A stretch of DNA of 64,000 nucleotides. Origin: Marsupella aquatica. Its lineage: Eukaryota > Plantae > Marchantiophyta. The stretch lies in contig OZ316898.1 in the NCBI GenBank assembly GCA_973895155.1, positions 16,088,330 to 16,152,329 on the forward strand. Direction: 5' to 3'. This document shows positions 14,398-27,230 of the stretch, piece after piece; within the stretch, counting starts at the first letter, position 1, and each line of letters begins with the position of its first letter. Position numbers and translations under genes: made by a program. The notes beneath the pieces are model-generated. The model searched no databases, was not told where the DNA came from, and was given only the letters and a program-made list of their open reading frames with translations.

Positions 14398-16789
14398 ATG
14401 TTTAAACCGAAGCAACCTCATTTTGTGACGGGTGATTACAAGAAGCAGAACGTGTTTCTGGAAGACGGGGAATACGGCCGAGCTTTGGATTCTTTAGTCA
14501 AGACTTGTACAGACCTCCTGATCTGCGATTCGGATGGAGTTGAGTGCAAGGTTCTTCTGGGAAGGCGCATAGTCGAGCCTCAGCCTGATTGGTGGTATTT
14601 GCAATCCATTCCTGCCTTAGAACTGTTGGGTGATTTGGTCCCATTCACGTAATTTCCACTCATTCTTTCACGACTTGTAAAGCTCAAAGAATTCAAGCTT
14701 AACACACCTATCTGTCTCAAGATCAAAGGTTTGCACATGGCTGGACTTGTACTTACTTTGTCTCTTATTCGATATTTTGTGGAGCTGGTTCCAAGCTTGC
14801 AAATATTTGCTCCTTCCAATGGGCCTTTTGATCCAAAAGGTGAGACTTTTGGTAAAATATTTCATTCGGTTACAGTCTCCCCCACTCGCTTAGTGGTGGT
14901 AAAATCCTTTGCTCGAATACCGTCCTGCTAGGGTGTGCAATCTATGGTGCCACGGCGATGACAGGCGAACCATGTCCATATTTCTTATAGGTTCCATTTT
15001 GTGATTTTGCGTCTATCGGAAGTTCGATCCCTCCCTCGAAATTTCTCTGTGGTATTCTCGAGGTGCAACGCTGGAAAGGTCGATTACGGTAACGCAATTC
15101 CGTGCAATTTGTATCGAACTGGGAGAGGTCATCCTGCCAGCACATACCGTGGAAAAGATGGGAGGATAAGCTGTTACTCGCTTTTTCAAGCGGCCGTGCA
15201 ATATTCACAAGAGTTGTATGATGCGAGGGCCTGTTTTCTGCAGAAATGGTAAAATTGTTTGTACAGTTGAGTCAGCTTGGAGTGGCGTATCCGTTCGTGC
15301 TTGGAACTTTGTGGAAAGAATTCATTTTTACCCACACAACAATAATGATTGTTTCCAGCCAACTCGAGGACCTGATCGAATCACCCACCGACCATCCTGT
15401 CTGATTGGTCCAACGCTACACACCTTTCCATTGTTAATAAGCCCAAACCTTTTGTGTTGTTAAGGGTGTCCTTGGTGAACATTACACTCAATTGTTTCTT
15501 TCTGGTTTCTTGCTTCATTTCTCCAGCACTGTCCGTTGGCAAATCCTGTTTGTTGCTTCGTCAGATGAAGAATATGTGACCGTACCGCTCCTCTCAGAAC
15601 TTGGCTGGGTGTGATTACACGTGCGCAGGTATATGGGTGGAAGAATGAAAACTGGGGAGACTCCAGAAGAATCCATGGCCCGTCTGGTCTCGAGAGAGCA
15701 AAAACTTGCGGTGGATCCTTCTCGGTTCCGTGTCTTGGGATATCATTCATACCATTGGGCTCGTCGGCAACAACCACCGGAAGAAAATGGAACTTGTGAC
15801 CTGTCCATTGTCTTCACGGTCACGTTGCAACCCGGAGAGGCAGAGCGTATCTGTATGGATGAAAAGGAGTACGCTGAATTCAGGTACTCGATATGATATT
15901 CTTACTTTTCTGCTAAGTTTGTACTGAATTCAGTTACTCAATATGATATTCTTACTTTTCTGCTAAGTTTGTCTGTGATTCACGATCGGACGCCCACAAT
16001 TGAGCTCTTGTAATAGGTCATGGATGACGAGAGAACCGGAAGATTGAATCCGGCCGGTCAAAGCGATCGCTCCTTTCTCCGTACAGCGATGAAGGCATCG
16101 TATGTTTTATTTTCTAAATAATGTTTGGCTGAAATACATGGCCGTATTTCTTTACGCATAGTGTTGTCATTCTGCAAATGGACTTTCAGGTGGTATTCAT
16201 TACGGGAGATTCTTGACGGTGAGCGGGACTTTCATCCAGCTTTGGTGCAATCTGCCAGGTGTGGTCCTATGAGTCCACCCTTGAAATCAATGGACACGTC
16301 AAATATTAATGTCCTCGTCGTAGGTTCTCTTACTAGCTTTTGCCGAGTTTTTATCCTGTAGTTAAGCTTGAGCCCTTCAAGTTACAAAATCCTGATGGGT
16401 CAATGTCTTCTTGTTCAGTGATCAATATTGAGAGTTCAGTGATCAATATTGAGATCGTGCTGTTCAATTCACTTCCTTCAATTGCTTCGTACCAAAGACT
16501 TTCCTGTTGATAAAACAAGTCTAGTAGTTGATACTGAGAATCAGATGCACCAAGAAGGTTTTCTCTGATTTGTCTTCAAATTCTAATTGTTGAAGAGTTT
16601 AAGCAGGATGTGACTTGAAGTTCACCTCGTAACTATTCGCTATTGCTGATACTTTTCAGGGATGTTTATGCTCGGCATTCTTGGGATCAATTGAAGGCCG
16701 CCATCAGATTTGGTGAATCGTCACAGAATGTGTATGAAGCAGCTGTTAGACTAGTAAACAATTCGGCTTGGGTAGATAATTTGACATAA
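14398..16789 (+). CDS. Nudix hydrolase, GDP-mannose mannosyl hydrolase (NudD/Gmm)-like; 4 exons: 14398-14594, 15629-15883, 16190-16258, 16660-16789
   Basis: GT-AG introns join in frame to give FLEDGEYGRALDSLVKTCTDLLI...VLLGRRIVEPQPDWWYMGGRMKTGETPEESMARLVSREQKL...MDEKEYAEFRWYS...FHP. This is colinear with E. coli GDPMH, including the RL-for-RE altered Nudix box. Confidence 0.85.
15874..15972 (+). repeat. 50-bp tandem duplication spanning the exon 2 splice donor
   Basis: ctgaattcag[g/t]tactc[g/a]atatgatattcttacttttctgctaagtttgt x2. Confidence 0.9.
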
Positions 16790-18341
16790 CAAGGTCATAT
16801 ATTCCCCCGCGCCACTTCTCCCCTCTTTAGCTTATACCCAACAACTTGATATGACAGCATTTCCTGACGATGGCTGCAGTCCGTTCCAACATAATGTGGG
16901 ATACGTTTTGTCCCCGTTTGGGAGATAACATAGAAGAGGACTGACCATGGAAAAGATATTGAAGATGGCAGACTATGGAAACTTCACACTGTCTACCCTT
17001 GCCCCATGCAAGTCACATCTCCATTTGAGGTAGAGAGTTGGTTTCGGGACCATCACCTCGGCATAACTCACTGTATACATGTGATCTGTCGTGGAGGCCC
17101 ACAATGACAGAGGGTTGACCTTGAGAGCAGCTGACAGTCTTTTTGTACTTCAGAATTTTTAGTGATGAAAATGGTTTGATCCTCACTAGAGAATACTTGT
17201 GTTATATGTTTCGTGCATCATTTCTTGGATTGGAAATGAATAACCACCATTGATAGAGTTAATATCATCGGCACCAATCATTATCTTCGAAGCTAATCAC
17301 ATCAGGAACATTGACAATAACGATAGGTACAACCAAAATCACTGACGTCCTTTACACCATCTCTCCCAAAACAGGGTAGGAAGCTTTCCTGCTGGCAGTC
17401 TCTTGCAACTTGGCCTCAGAGACGGTTTATTTAACCTCGTCTAGCTCTAATTGAGTATTGTGGTCCACCAAAAAACCTTTTCTCCACAGGTTATCTAAGT
17501 TCTCTTCCATTCTAGAAGAGCAAACGTACATTCATGCATTCTTTTAAATTGTCCAACCCAAACAGCCTGACAATCAGTAAGGAAGATGCATAATTTGTTT
17601 TCATAACTTGAGCCAAGTCTTCATCCTCGACTCAAGTCACATCCATCTATCTGTATAAGAGCCTTGAACCTCTCTGTAAGATAATTTCAGATCGGTCCTT
17701 TATCCATTTGACCCGTCCATAAGGAGTTAAGTTTTTTAGATCTGATGGGTCGTCCAAGTATTCGTTGAAATGTGACTGTCCAAAGCCACTGAGCTATTTG
17801 AACTTGTAGTCCTTGTTTTAGTTACATTAAATGTCTGTAATATTTTTTGATAGTGTTGTAGAAGCCAGAACAGTCAAAATCTTAGGAGCGAAAACGTGAA
17901 GGGCAACTGTCATACTAAAGCATGATTTGCGACTGTCCCGGCTGCAGATATTCCTTCCTTCTAAACTTTCTATCGTCCCAGTTCAATTCCCGCTTCGTCA
18001 ATATTCGATTCGTCAAAGGATTTTAATGCCTGCATATTCATAAGGAGCTTTGATTAGAAGCATTTTTGAGCAGACAACCTGTAGTTAAAATTTATCAAAT
18101 TCTGTACGTTGCACTTTGCTTAGGAAAGATGCCTCTGCCCCAGGATGTATACCTAGCAAGAACTAATGGCATTCTTGTAAAGGCTTCGGTGCCAATCAAC
18201 TACACCCTTTAATACTTTTCAACTTGCCTCTGCTGACTTGAGCTCCAGGCTTTCCAGACACTCCGTCACAGAGACTTGTCAAAGGTACTTACAGGCACCC
18301 ATCCCAAAGCATGCAATGTTCACGTCCGAAGGGATTGGATT

Positions 18342-20172
18342 TTAAAATACCTGACGCAAAAGATTGGCAAACCTCAGCATTTCCGCGAATGAGTTGTACA
18401 ATGGTGCAGGACCAATCCTCATCACATCTGGTTCCCGAACGTCGCAAATTACTCCTAGAACCTTCAGACGGTTGTGTATTTCTCGAACAGGACAATTGGA
18501 GACGAATTTCAGAGACAGTTGGGAACCGCGAGCATATACTTCAGCGGGTGTTACAATTTGAATGTGCTTATTCAAGTAGTCATCACTCAGTAGTGCCTCC
18601 AAGTAACCTGTCAATAGCCTTGCACCGGCAGATCATTTACTAAGCTAGTTGTCGACCATAATAGAAAGTTCAGCCGCAAAAACTTGAATCGCCTTATTTC
18701 AGTTTCCGGAGACATGTCTTTGTTCACCTTGGACAAGAATTCAAAGTTTATTTCAGCGAACTGTCCAAAACATAATTTACCTTTACGCAGAGTGACTTTC
18801 GAGACTGAAATTCGACTCACTGATATTTCTTGTTATGTGGTTCCCTGAACATATCTATAAGAAGTCTGATTGGTTTTCTTTTGAGTGGGGAAGCTGCGTT
18901 TGAAATGGTTGGGTTAGATTATTCGCAAACGTAAATTCACAAGAATAAAGTCAACGCAAATCTCATCCATCATGTTTGTCTACAATTAATGCTCGTAAAG
19001 ATTCGTTTGACCCCCTCTTGGAAGATTTGTTTTCGCTAAAAGACCTACTGTAGCCCTGAAAACTGTTAAAAGACGATGAGATGGTCCCCCTTGACAAAGT
19101 TTAACTACCTCTGCTTGGTTGTGATGCGCTCCATGGTTGCTTCCTGAAAAATCTCCAAGCTGGCCAATAAGCACATTAGCGACAGCATTGGCGCCGTCGA
19201 GAGAACATATCCCCCAGCTCCGACTATCGGATCATGCAGCTCGCCCATTTTGAACTTCGACTCGTTGGTCTGCCCCCACCACCCATCTAATCCATTCAAC
19301 CCTGCAATCCTTCGATCAGCATGATGATGCTTTTCGTGAATAAATGCCCCACCCACTGCTCCAGGGCCAGAATTCAAGTACTTGTACGAGCACCAGCAGG
19401 CAAAATCCAAGCCCCAGTCATGGAGATGAAGCATCACATTCCCCACTGCATGTGCTAGATCCCAACCAACGATGGCGCCCACTCTATGACCTGCTTCGGT
19501 GATGGCAGGAATATCAAATAGTTGGCCGGTGAAATATTGGATTCCAGGGAACAATACGAGGGCAACGCTCGATCCGTGTTCCAGCAGCTTCTTTACAATG
19601 TCTTCTGTCCTGAGACATCCCTCGTTTGCCCGAGGGGTGACTTTTACGAGAGCTTGGTCCGGATTTAGGCCATGGAGCAGGAGTTGGGACCGAATTGCAT
19701 GGCTGTCGCTGCAGAAGAGCCCATCTTCTACAACGATTTTGAAGCGCTTTTCGTTTGGTTTGTAGAAGGCTATCATCATGAGGTGAAGATTAACAGTCAG
19801 CGAGTTCATGTTGACCACTTCACTGGGCATTGCGCCTACTACGTTTGCCATCAATGATATGATCCTCTCCTCGACGGTAGTCCACGGCCGCTCTCCACTG
19901 AAGTGCCCCTCGACTCCGATGCTGCCCCACTTGCCGAGCTCTTCAAGGATGTAGTTCTTTGCCTGATGAGGCATCAATCCTAGGGAATTGGCACATAGGT
20001 AAAGAGGCTCTGGAAGCCCTAGCGATTCGGAAGAATCGTGCACCCGTTTGGGACGTGAGAAGCGATGGCGGAAGTCTTTCAGCTCGTCAGCCTGGTCCAG
20101 TGCGAGGGCGAATCCTGGAGAAGAAATGGGGAGCTGCAGCAAATTCCCATGCTGATGAATCAGTTTGGCCAT
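18342..20172 (-). CDS. KYNU: Kynureninase (PLP-dependent); 2 exons: 20172-19109 and 18618-18342
   Basis: Motifs YLCANSLGLMP, MNSLTVNLHLMMIAFYKP, GWDLAHAVGN, the PLP-lysine motif DFACWCSYKYLNSGPG, and LLTGYLEALL, RGSQLSL, CDVREPDVMRIGPAPLYNSF. The GT-AG intron joins in frame as TTKQR-LLTGYLE. Confidence 0.93.
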
Positions 20173-20381
20173 TGTCAATTTGACACCTATTGCTCACTAG
20201 CTCGAGAGCACTTGCGGCAAAGCTCTGCAATAATCATCATCACCAACTGCGGCTACTGGGAAAACTATCAATTCTTACAAACGAGCGGAACGAGAATGAC
20301 AGGAGACCAGGAACCTAAGTACGAAGCCCGAGCGCTAGCGAAGGAGCGTAAGCATTTGGAGGACTAAAATTATTGTTTATA

Positions 20382-23300
20382 CTAGCTCCGAGTACCCGTT
20401 CTTTGAACGTCAATAGGGATGAGGACCAAAAAGTGCTTGAGAAGACCAAAAAGTGCTTGAGACAAATAGATTTGAGAAAATAATAAGAATAGTGTATCAA
20501 AAGGCAAAGGGAAACCTCACTTGAGAAATTTTTCCACCAAGACTCAAAACTTGATGGTAAAATGGTTCAAGTGGGGGAAAACCCTAAATTTTATTCAAAT
20601 GGTGGAAATCTGAACATAAGGTATGTTAAATGGCTTGTAGATATCAACATGACATAAAACAATAATGTCATATGACAGCCACCATGAAATAGTCCATTGT
20701 AGACTACACATTTGTTTGAATATCTAGAAGTGCTCCATTTGCTTGGAGTGTGGAACCAACCAAACAACCAAAACTACAACTGCAAAAACACCCAAAAGAA
20801 GAAGCCAAAAGAACGGTCATAGGAGGAAATCAATTGCAATAGATTGAGTGCATCTAGAATGATGGAATATAAAGAGAGTGGAGTAAGCAATATAACCCTC
20901 TTCAAAAAGATTCCAAGTGCTAAGAAGATCCAATCATGTTATCAAAAAAGGGTCAAGTTAGTATTGAATTGAATGAATGTGAAAGGAATATTTACCTGTC
21001 AAATATTGAAACAATTGATTATTGAAGCTCGGAGTAGAGAAGCCGTTCTATCAATGCACGGGCTCGTGCCGGTGTAATCAAGAGCTTGATGGATACGCAC
21101 CCTCCCATGATCACACAATCATCTTAAAATCTCCCGGTATACAACATTCCTTCTGAAAAGGTCATCCTTATTGGGATATGCATTCTGTGCTATCATAATG
21201 CGAATACCAATCCGAGCACCAACCCTAGACAATGCCAAATATAATTGACCATGCGAGAAAACTGGGTTTGGTAGAAATATTACAATCTTTGCCAAGGTTT
21301 GACCTTGAGACTTATTGATGGTCATACCAAAGGCAGCATGAATAGGAAACTGAAATTGACGAAGATTAAATGGTAACCCTGAGTCAGATGCAATAAGAGG
21401 AATGCGTGGAATGAAAACACGGTCTCCGATATTCTTCCTTGTGATGATCTCTGCATCTATGACATGACGCCCAAAACCACGAACTATCAAGCGAGTGCCA
21501 TTAGCTTGTCCACTTGACCCATTCATGTTTCTCAAAAGCATGATGGGTGCACCAATCTTCAGAGTCAACTTATGTGGAGGTAAACCAGATGGCAACAATG
21601 TATTGAGGAATTCCGTGGGATACATGAAGGCAGTTGCTTAATTGGGAATTGAATCTGCACTCAAAAACTCATGTTCCTGCAAAACTCCATGGATAAAAAT
21701 TAGAAAGTTACTAACTTTCATTGAAATGTTTTTCCTTCAAAGCTAAAATTGAAAGCTCTTCAAGTTGCTAGTGGTAAGGGATTTACCTCTCCAGGAAAGC
21801 CACACATCACCTCCTCATTGACCTTATCCACATCTTTGTTTGTGGTGGTCAAAATAGCTCTATCTTTTAAAAAGTTAGCATTGTTGAAGTTCACTGGATC
21901 TGAGCCATAGATCTCAACAATTAGGTCACTAAGATGGTCAGTTGGCATTATCAGGTCATGTGGCAAACGAATGACATCATCACCCAAATCAGACTCAGTT
22001 GGCAAAGTTCCTCTCCAATTGCTAGTAACCAATCGCTAAAGCCTTGTTGCTCAAGCGCCTCTTCTCCTATATATACGAAAATCCAGAAAGGTTGTCAGTT
22101 TTTTTTAAGCAAATATTAAAGAAAAATATATTTACTTATTCCAACATGGAAAGGTTGGTGCTAAGATAAATTAACATTTCATAAACTAAATAGTGAAAAT
22201 GATACTCTATAAATATCATAACACACCTAGTATAAAATAAAAAAGAATTCTTGATAATATAACATACCTTCTAGTGTTTTTACTCTCATGTTCTCACTTA
22301 GCCTCATCACTTTTATCTTTGACCATATAGAAGATCTTTTGAAGGTGGCTCGAATGATGGCCGCTTGATCTCCATGCCGAACTACAGGAAGCACTTGGCG
22401 AAAATCACCACCAAAGACCATCAATTTTCCTCCAAACGACAAGTTACTCTTCATGATATCTTGAAGTGTCCGACTAACAGCCTCAAAGACATGTCTATGA
22501 GTCATGGGTGCTTCATCCCATATGATCAATAATGCGCATCGCATCAAATGTGTGGCTTCACTCTCCATTACTATGCTGCACACAATCATCACAAAAAAAT
22601 ATGAAAAAATAACATTTGTACTGTATCTCTAAACCAATAGCTCAATATCGCATAAATTAGTATTTTTTATGAACTCAATCTCACTATAAACACAATTTTA
22701 ACTTCTTACTTGCAAGTAGAGCTTTCGTGAACAATGAGTGGAATCTTGAATCGTGAATGTGCCGTGCGACCTCCCTGTAATAGTAAGGCTACAATCCCTG
22801 ATGATGCCATGGCAAGAGCAATGTGCGCTTCACATCTGACCCTTGTTAGTAGAAGATTATACAAAAATGTCTTTCCAGTTCCACCTGGTCCATCAATAAA
22901 GAATAGATGCTCCTAGATAAAACAAAAAACTTGAGTTAGACATGAAAATTATTCATAGTGTCAAAATAAAACATCTCATAATCATGTTGCAAAGCTATAT
23001 GGAAAGGTAATGTATATACTTACCCGAGGAGATTCGGGTAAGTATATACAGACAATTAAATTCAGAAAAATGGGACAATCGTTTGTTGTGATCTTGTAAA
23101 TAACGGTCAATTTCCAACAATGCATTATTGATAACAGCATGTTGAAGAAGATCAGACATTCCAAATTCCTACAAATACAATGTGGTTGACCAATGTTAGT
23201 TTGCAAGATGAATGTAGCGCATTAAATCATTTTATTAGAAGTTATGCCTCATGAGTAAAGAAATAGATTTGTGTAGAAAAGAATACCTGACGTCTCAAAT

Positions 23301-24022
23301 ACAGTAGATTCTCTGTTATGGATGTTGCAAATTGATCCCATAACTCTTTAGGGCATGCAGGTGTGTTGTAGAGAAGAATGATGATAAAAAGTTGACGGAC
23401 TGCACGTCCAATCCGTATCTCTGAACATTCCCTCAAACAATCAATAACCTCTGAATCATCTTCCAAGAGTCCCAAGTTAATTTCTGCCTCCTTAAAAGTG
23501 GGCATGGTTACATTACCAATTGTTTTCAAACTGTCATATCCAATAGCCCCTTTAATATGATGAAGAAGTAACCACACGTTCTCCTTCACCTGCACAACAA
23601 AAATTCATTAAAATGAATATTTTGAATATAATAATAATAAATTTAATTATTTGAGTGCAATTAAGTCAAGATAAACATAATACCTGGATGAGTTAAATAT
23701 AAACGGCCAATGGGATATCCACAACCTTTAATCTTTTTCTTACGGAGAATCTAGTTTTTTTGGTTCTTGTTCCAACTGTAATGAAGTGGAAACTCATGGT
23801 ATTTATATTGTCGTGCCCCAGGATCACTAACATTTGTTGCAAACCATTCTGTCAATGTGGTTGCCACCCTCCATTGTAAAATCTCCTCGGTTGTTACGTT
23901 CTCACTAAAAACAAGACTTTGCTCATTCTCAAGATGAACAGTTAATTGAACAGTACTTGGCTCTTCCGAATGCAAACAAAACTTGAAAATGCGTCAACAT
24001 GCTTCAACAGATGAGATGTATC
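20382..24022 (-). mobile_element. Helitron remnant (3' half, Rep/Pif1 helicase), intron-containing and degenerate
   Basis: Pif1 motifs FIDGPGGTGKTFLY, GRTAHSRFKIP, IIWDEAPM, FGGDFRQVLPV, GMTINKSQGQTL, VFSHGQLYLALSR. The minus strand ends with hairpin cgttc-aaa-gaacg then CTAG followed by T at 20382/20381. Confidence 0.88.
21119..23975 (-). pseudogene. Helitron RepHel helicase pseudogene
   Basis: ORF pieces 23751-23975, 23242-23595, 22227-22592, 21760-22032 and 21119-21625, with internal stops. Confidence 0.88.
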
Positions 24023-24199
24023 TACAAACAAAAATATTAGTATGATTTGAGAAATCTTCAAATAGAATCAAATAACAATTGTACAAAAAGTCTTAAGTCA
24101 ATTCACATTATTGCAAAACTTGAAATTCACATTATTGCAAAACTTGAAATTGATTAATGAATTTATCAATTCAAAGCAAGTGACAAGGGATAAGAAAGG

Positions 24200-27100
24200 T
24201 CTTTATGATGGGGCATACAATGTTCCGTCCTTATTTAGACTAGGCGACTATTCCGAGCCGGGGAAACAACCCGACACTTGAAATCTTAGTTTTGGTTCAT
24301 ATTTTTCCCATAGATGCTAGGAGGTCCCTAGAGCACCCCTAAAAAGTTAGATGTCAAGTGGGGTCTCAACCTAGGGTTTCCTTGTGTTTTGGTGTGACTT
24401 AAATTAACAAAATAGCGGGTCCCGGGAAAAATAGCTGATGAGTAAATTTAGGAGTTCCAAGTTTGGAAGTGGGTTAAATATGGTCCACTCTATCCCTGGA
24501 AACTTGTGGTAGAAGCTGGGTATCTTTGGTTACTTTTTGGGAGCATCTCAAAGGTGAGAAGAATTTTGGACAACATAATAATTGACCCACTTTACCTAAT
24601 TTTAGAAAATTGGTGATAAGGTTTTGTTTAGATATTAGTAAACCGGGACATAGTCCTATGTCCAGAAAATATGTATATATACTCAGCAGTCATTTTTGAC
24701 TCATGTGTGATTTTTGGGGGCGGTCCAAAACGGCCTGAAAATACTGTTTTCCCAACAAAAAAATCCGAAATTTTTCCAAGTGTCAACCGCGTCGGCGGCG
24801 ACCACGACTTAAGCATGAGGCCGGGGTGACTCAAGCACGAGGTCAGGAACACCATAAGGGTCAATACATGAGATGCTTGCTTCGAATTGGGATCAAGAGG
24901 CAGCTATGAAATTGAATTGAGCTGCTATAGCTTCAGGCATGGGATGCTGATCAGAATTGGCTGGCTGCCTCGATGCTGCTGATTGGAATAGAGTTGCTTG
25001 CTATGGAGAAATAGGCTGCTGCTGATCAAGAGCTAGTTGGTTGGCTGTGAGCTATGGTGGGCTACGAAATTGAAAGGCTGGCGGCTGATCAGATGGACTG
25101 CTGCACAAGAATTGATTAGCGGATCAACAAGGAAGAGGGCTGTTGCTGCGAATTGAAGAGCTATGGTTGCAAAATAGGATTGCTGCTAGCTGTGAAATTG
25201 CAGAGGTGGACAGTTGCGAAATTGAGAAGAGAGACCTACTTGGCTGAGTGATTGGAATAGAGCTAGTTGCTGAGAAGGAATCAAGCTATAGCTGCTGCTG
25301 CTGTGCTTCGAATCTACTGCTGTGCTTCAAATGTGTTGTTGTGCTGTTGTGCTACTAGCTGCGAATTGGTGGGCTATGGCTGCTGCAAAATTCTACTGCG
25401 ATTTTGAATCACTTGCAAGGCTAGATGGCTATGGAGGTGGACTGAGAAGGGTGCTGCAAACCTGGTTGAGCTGTAGATTGACCTGCTGCCATTCGAATCC
25501 AATAGAGAATGATGCAGTTTCAGATTGAATTCAAGAGAGAGGAAAATGGCTGCGAAAATTGATGTCCTTATCAAATTCTTCATAAGAAACGTGAGTATAA
25601 TGAGAGTACTCTCCCCTAGTGACACCTGGAATCTCCATAAGGGGCGTGTAAGGTAAGTGTAATCGGGTCGCCGCTTACACCCACTTTACACCAAAAACAG
25701 ACCTTGGGAGAATGGGCATAACTTTGGCTAGGGGTATCCGTTGGGGCCCAATTTTTTGTGTTGAGTTAGGGGAAGATAAGGCACCCCTTGGTGAAGGTGG
25801 AAACCCAGAAAAAGAGTCACTAAAATATATTTTTAGCCGAGGCCACTAGGGGTTCCCGATAGCTTGCAAACCAAAGTCGGCATAGGGGAATGACTACCAG
25901 ATTTAGGGGCTGACCTTTCTTGCACCCATGCCACTTTAGTTAGGCTCTAGGGAAGGGTACTTACCTTTTTTCAAAGGTCTAAGGCCATCATGTTAAGAAA
26001 AGTAAGTATAGGGGGTAGTTTACTTAGGGTAGTAAAGGGGTTACAAGTAAAATAAGGTCATCTTTGACTAGGCACACCTTGAGACTCACTCACTCTTTTT
26101 GCGAGCTTTCAAGTGGGTTGGGAAGCTGGTGAGGAGGACCATAAGTGGGAGCAGGTTTGGAGGTCAAAGCATGCAACTCATGTGTGGCATATTCCAGGGT
26201 TTGGAAGGAGTGCAAACAATAGGTTGTAGGGTGGGCTACGAACTATAGAGTTGGACTTTGTGTGTTAGGAGGACTTGGGGGAGGAGTAGTTGGACCCCAG
26301 GTCAAGCTTGGTGTGGTGTGGAAGGAGAATAGTATATAAGGAGTAAGTTTTTATTTGTTAGGGACCGGGAGTCTCATCTCTTAAGTGGAATCTCTACCTT
26401 GCCAAGGTAGGGCTAAGCTTGAGAAGGGAGAGGTGGTCCATGCTTAGTGTGGAGAATGTGTAATGAACTTTTGTTGTAAAGGTGATGCAATAAAAGGAGA
26501 CTTGTCAATCTTCATTGTGACCATTAAGTGTGAGTGCATTTGAAGTATATGAAGAGCAAGATAAGAGTCCATGCTATGATGTAATCTTGGTCTAAGCTCA
26601 AAGGGGATGTGCTAGTACAAAACCAAGGCCAAGGAGGCAAGGTTAAGGTAGAGCACTACTTTGAGACTTAGAAAGGATTATAACTTGAGGGTGGAAAGTA
26701 TTTTGCTTGGTGTGTGGTGTTAACAAGAAGTAAGAACAAGAGGAAGAGTCCTTAGATAGAGGAGCCTTCTCTAGAGCTCAAAAGGGATGTGTGGATCCAA
26801 ACCAAGGCCAGGGGGCAAGGTTGAGGGGTAACACTACTTTGAGGGTCTTGAGGAGACTTAAGCTTGAAGAGGAAAGTACTTTGGTTCTTGGGTGTTTGTG
26901 TGAGAATCTACTCTAAGGTGACAGCTTGGAGCAGAGATCCCCCTTGCTGATCCTTGGAGTAGAGGAGAGGGGAAGGGTGTGAGTACAAAAGTAGTCAAGG
27001 GGACTACCTCTCTAGAAGTGGAGAGTTGAAACTACTTATGTATGGAGTGATTAGACATTGTAGGCAAATTTCATAAGTTTTGTCAATCCTTTGTGACCTT

Positions 27101-27230
27101 GGTATGATATGGAGCAGGTATTAGGTAGTCTTTTGGGGAGAAAAGTCGCTTAAGCTCCTTGACAAGTGTTTGACAGCAAAATAGAAGGTCGTCAAGCTGA
27201 TTGCCAGTAGGAGTACACAAGAACTCGGCC
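24200..27230. repeat. Unclassified repeat-derived (LTR-like) region with a GCT-rich tract (about 24890-25560) and a degenerate duplication of period about 180 bp (26590-26900)
   Basis: Non-coding; gctcaaa.gggatgtg...aaccaaggcca...cactactttgag...ggaaagta occurs twice. Termini not found. Confidence 0.4.
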
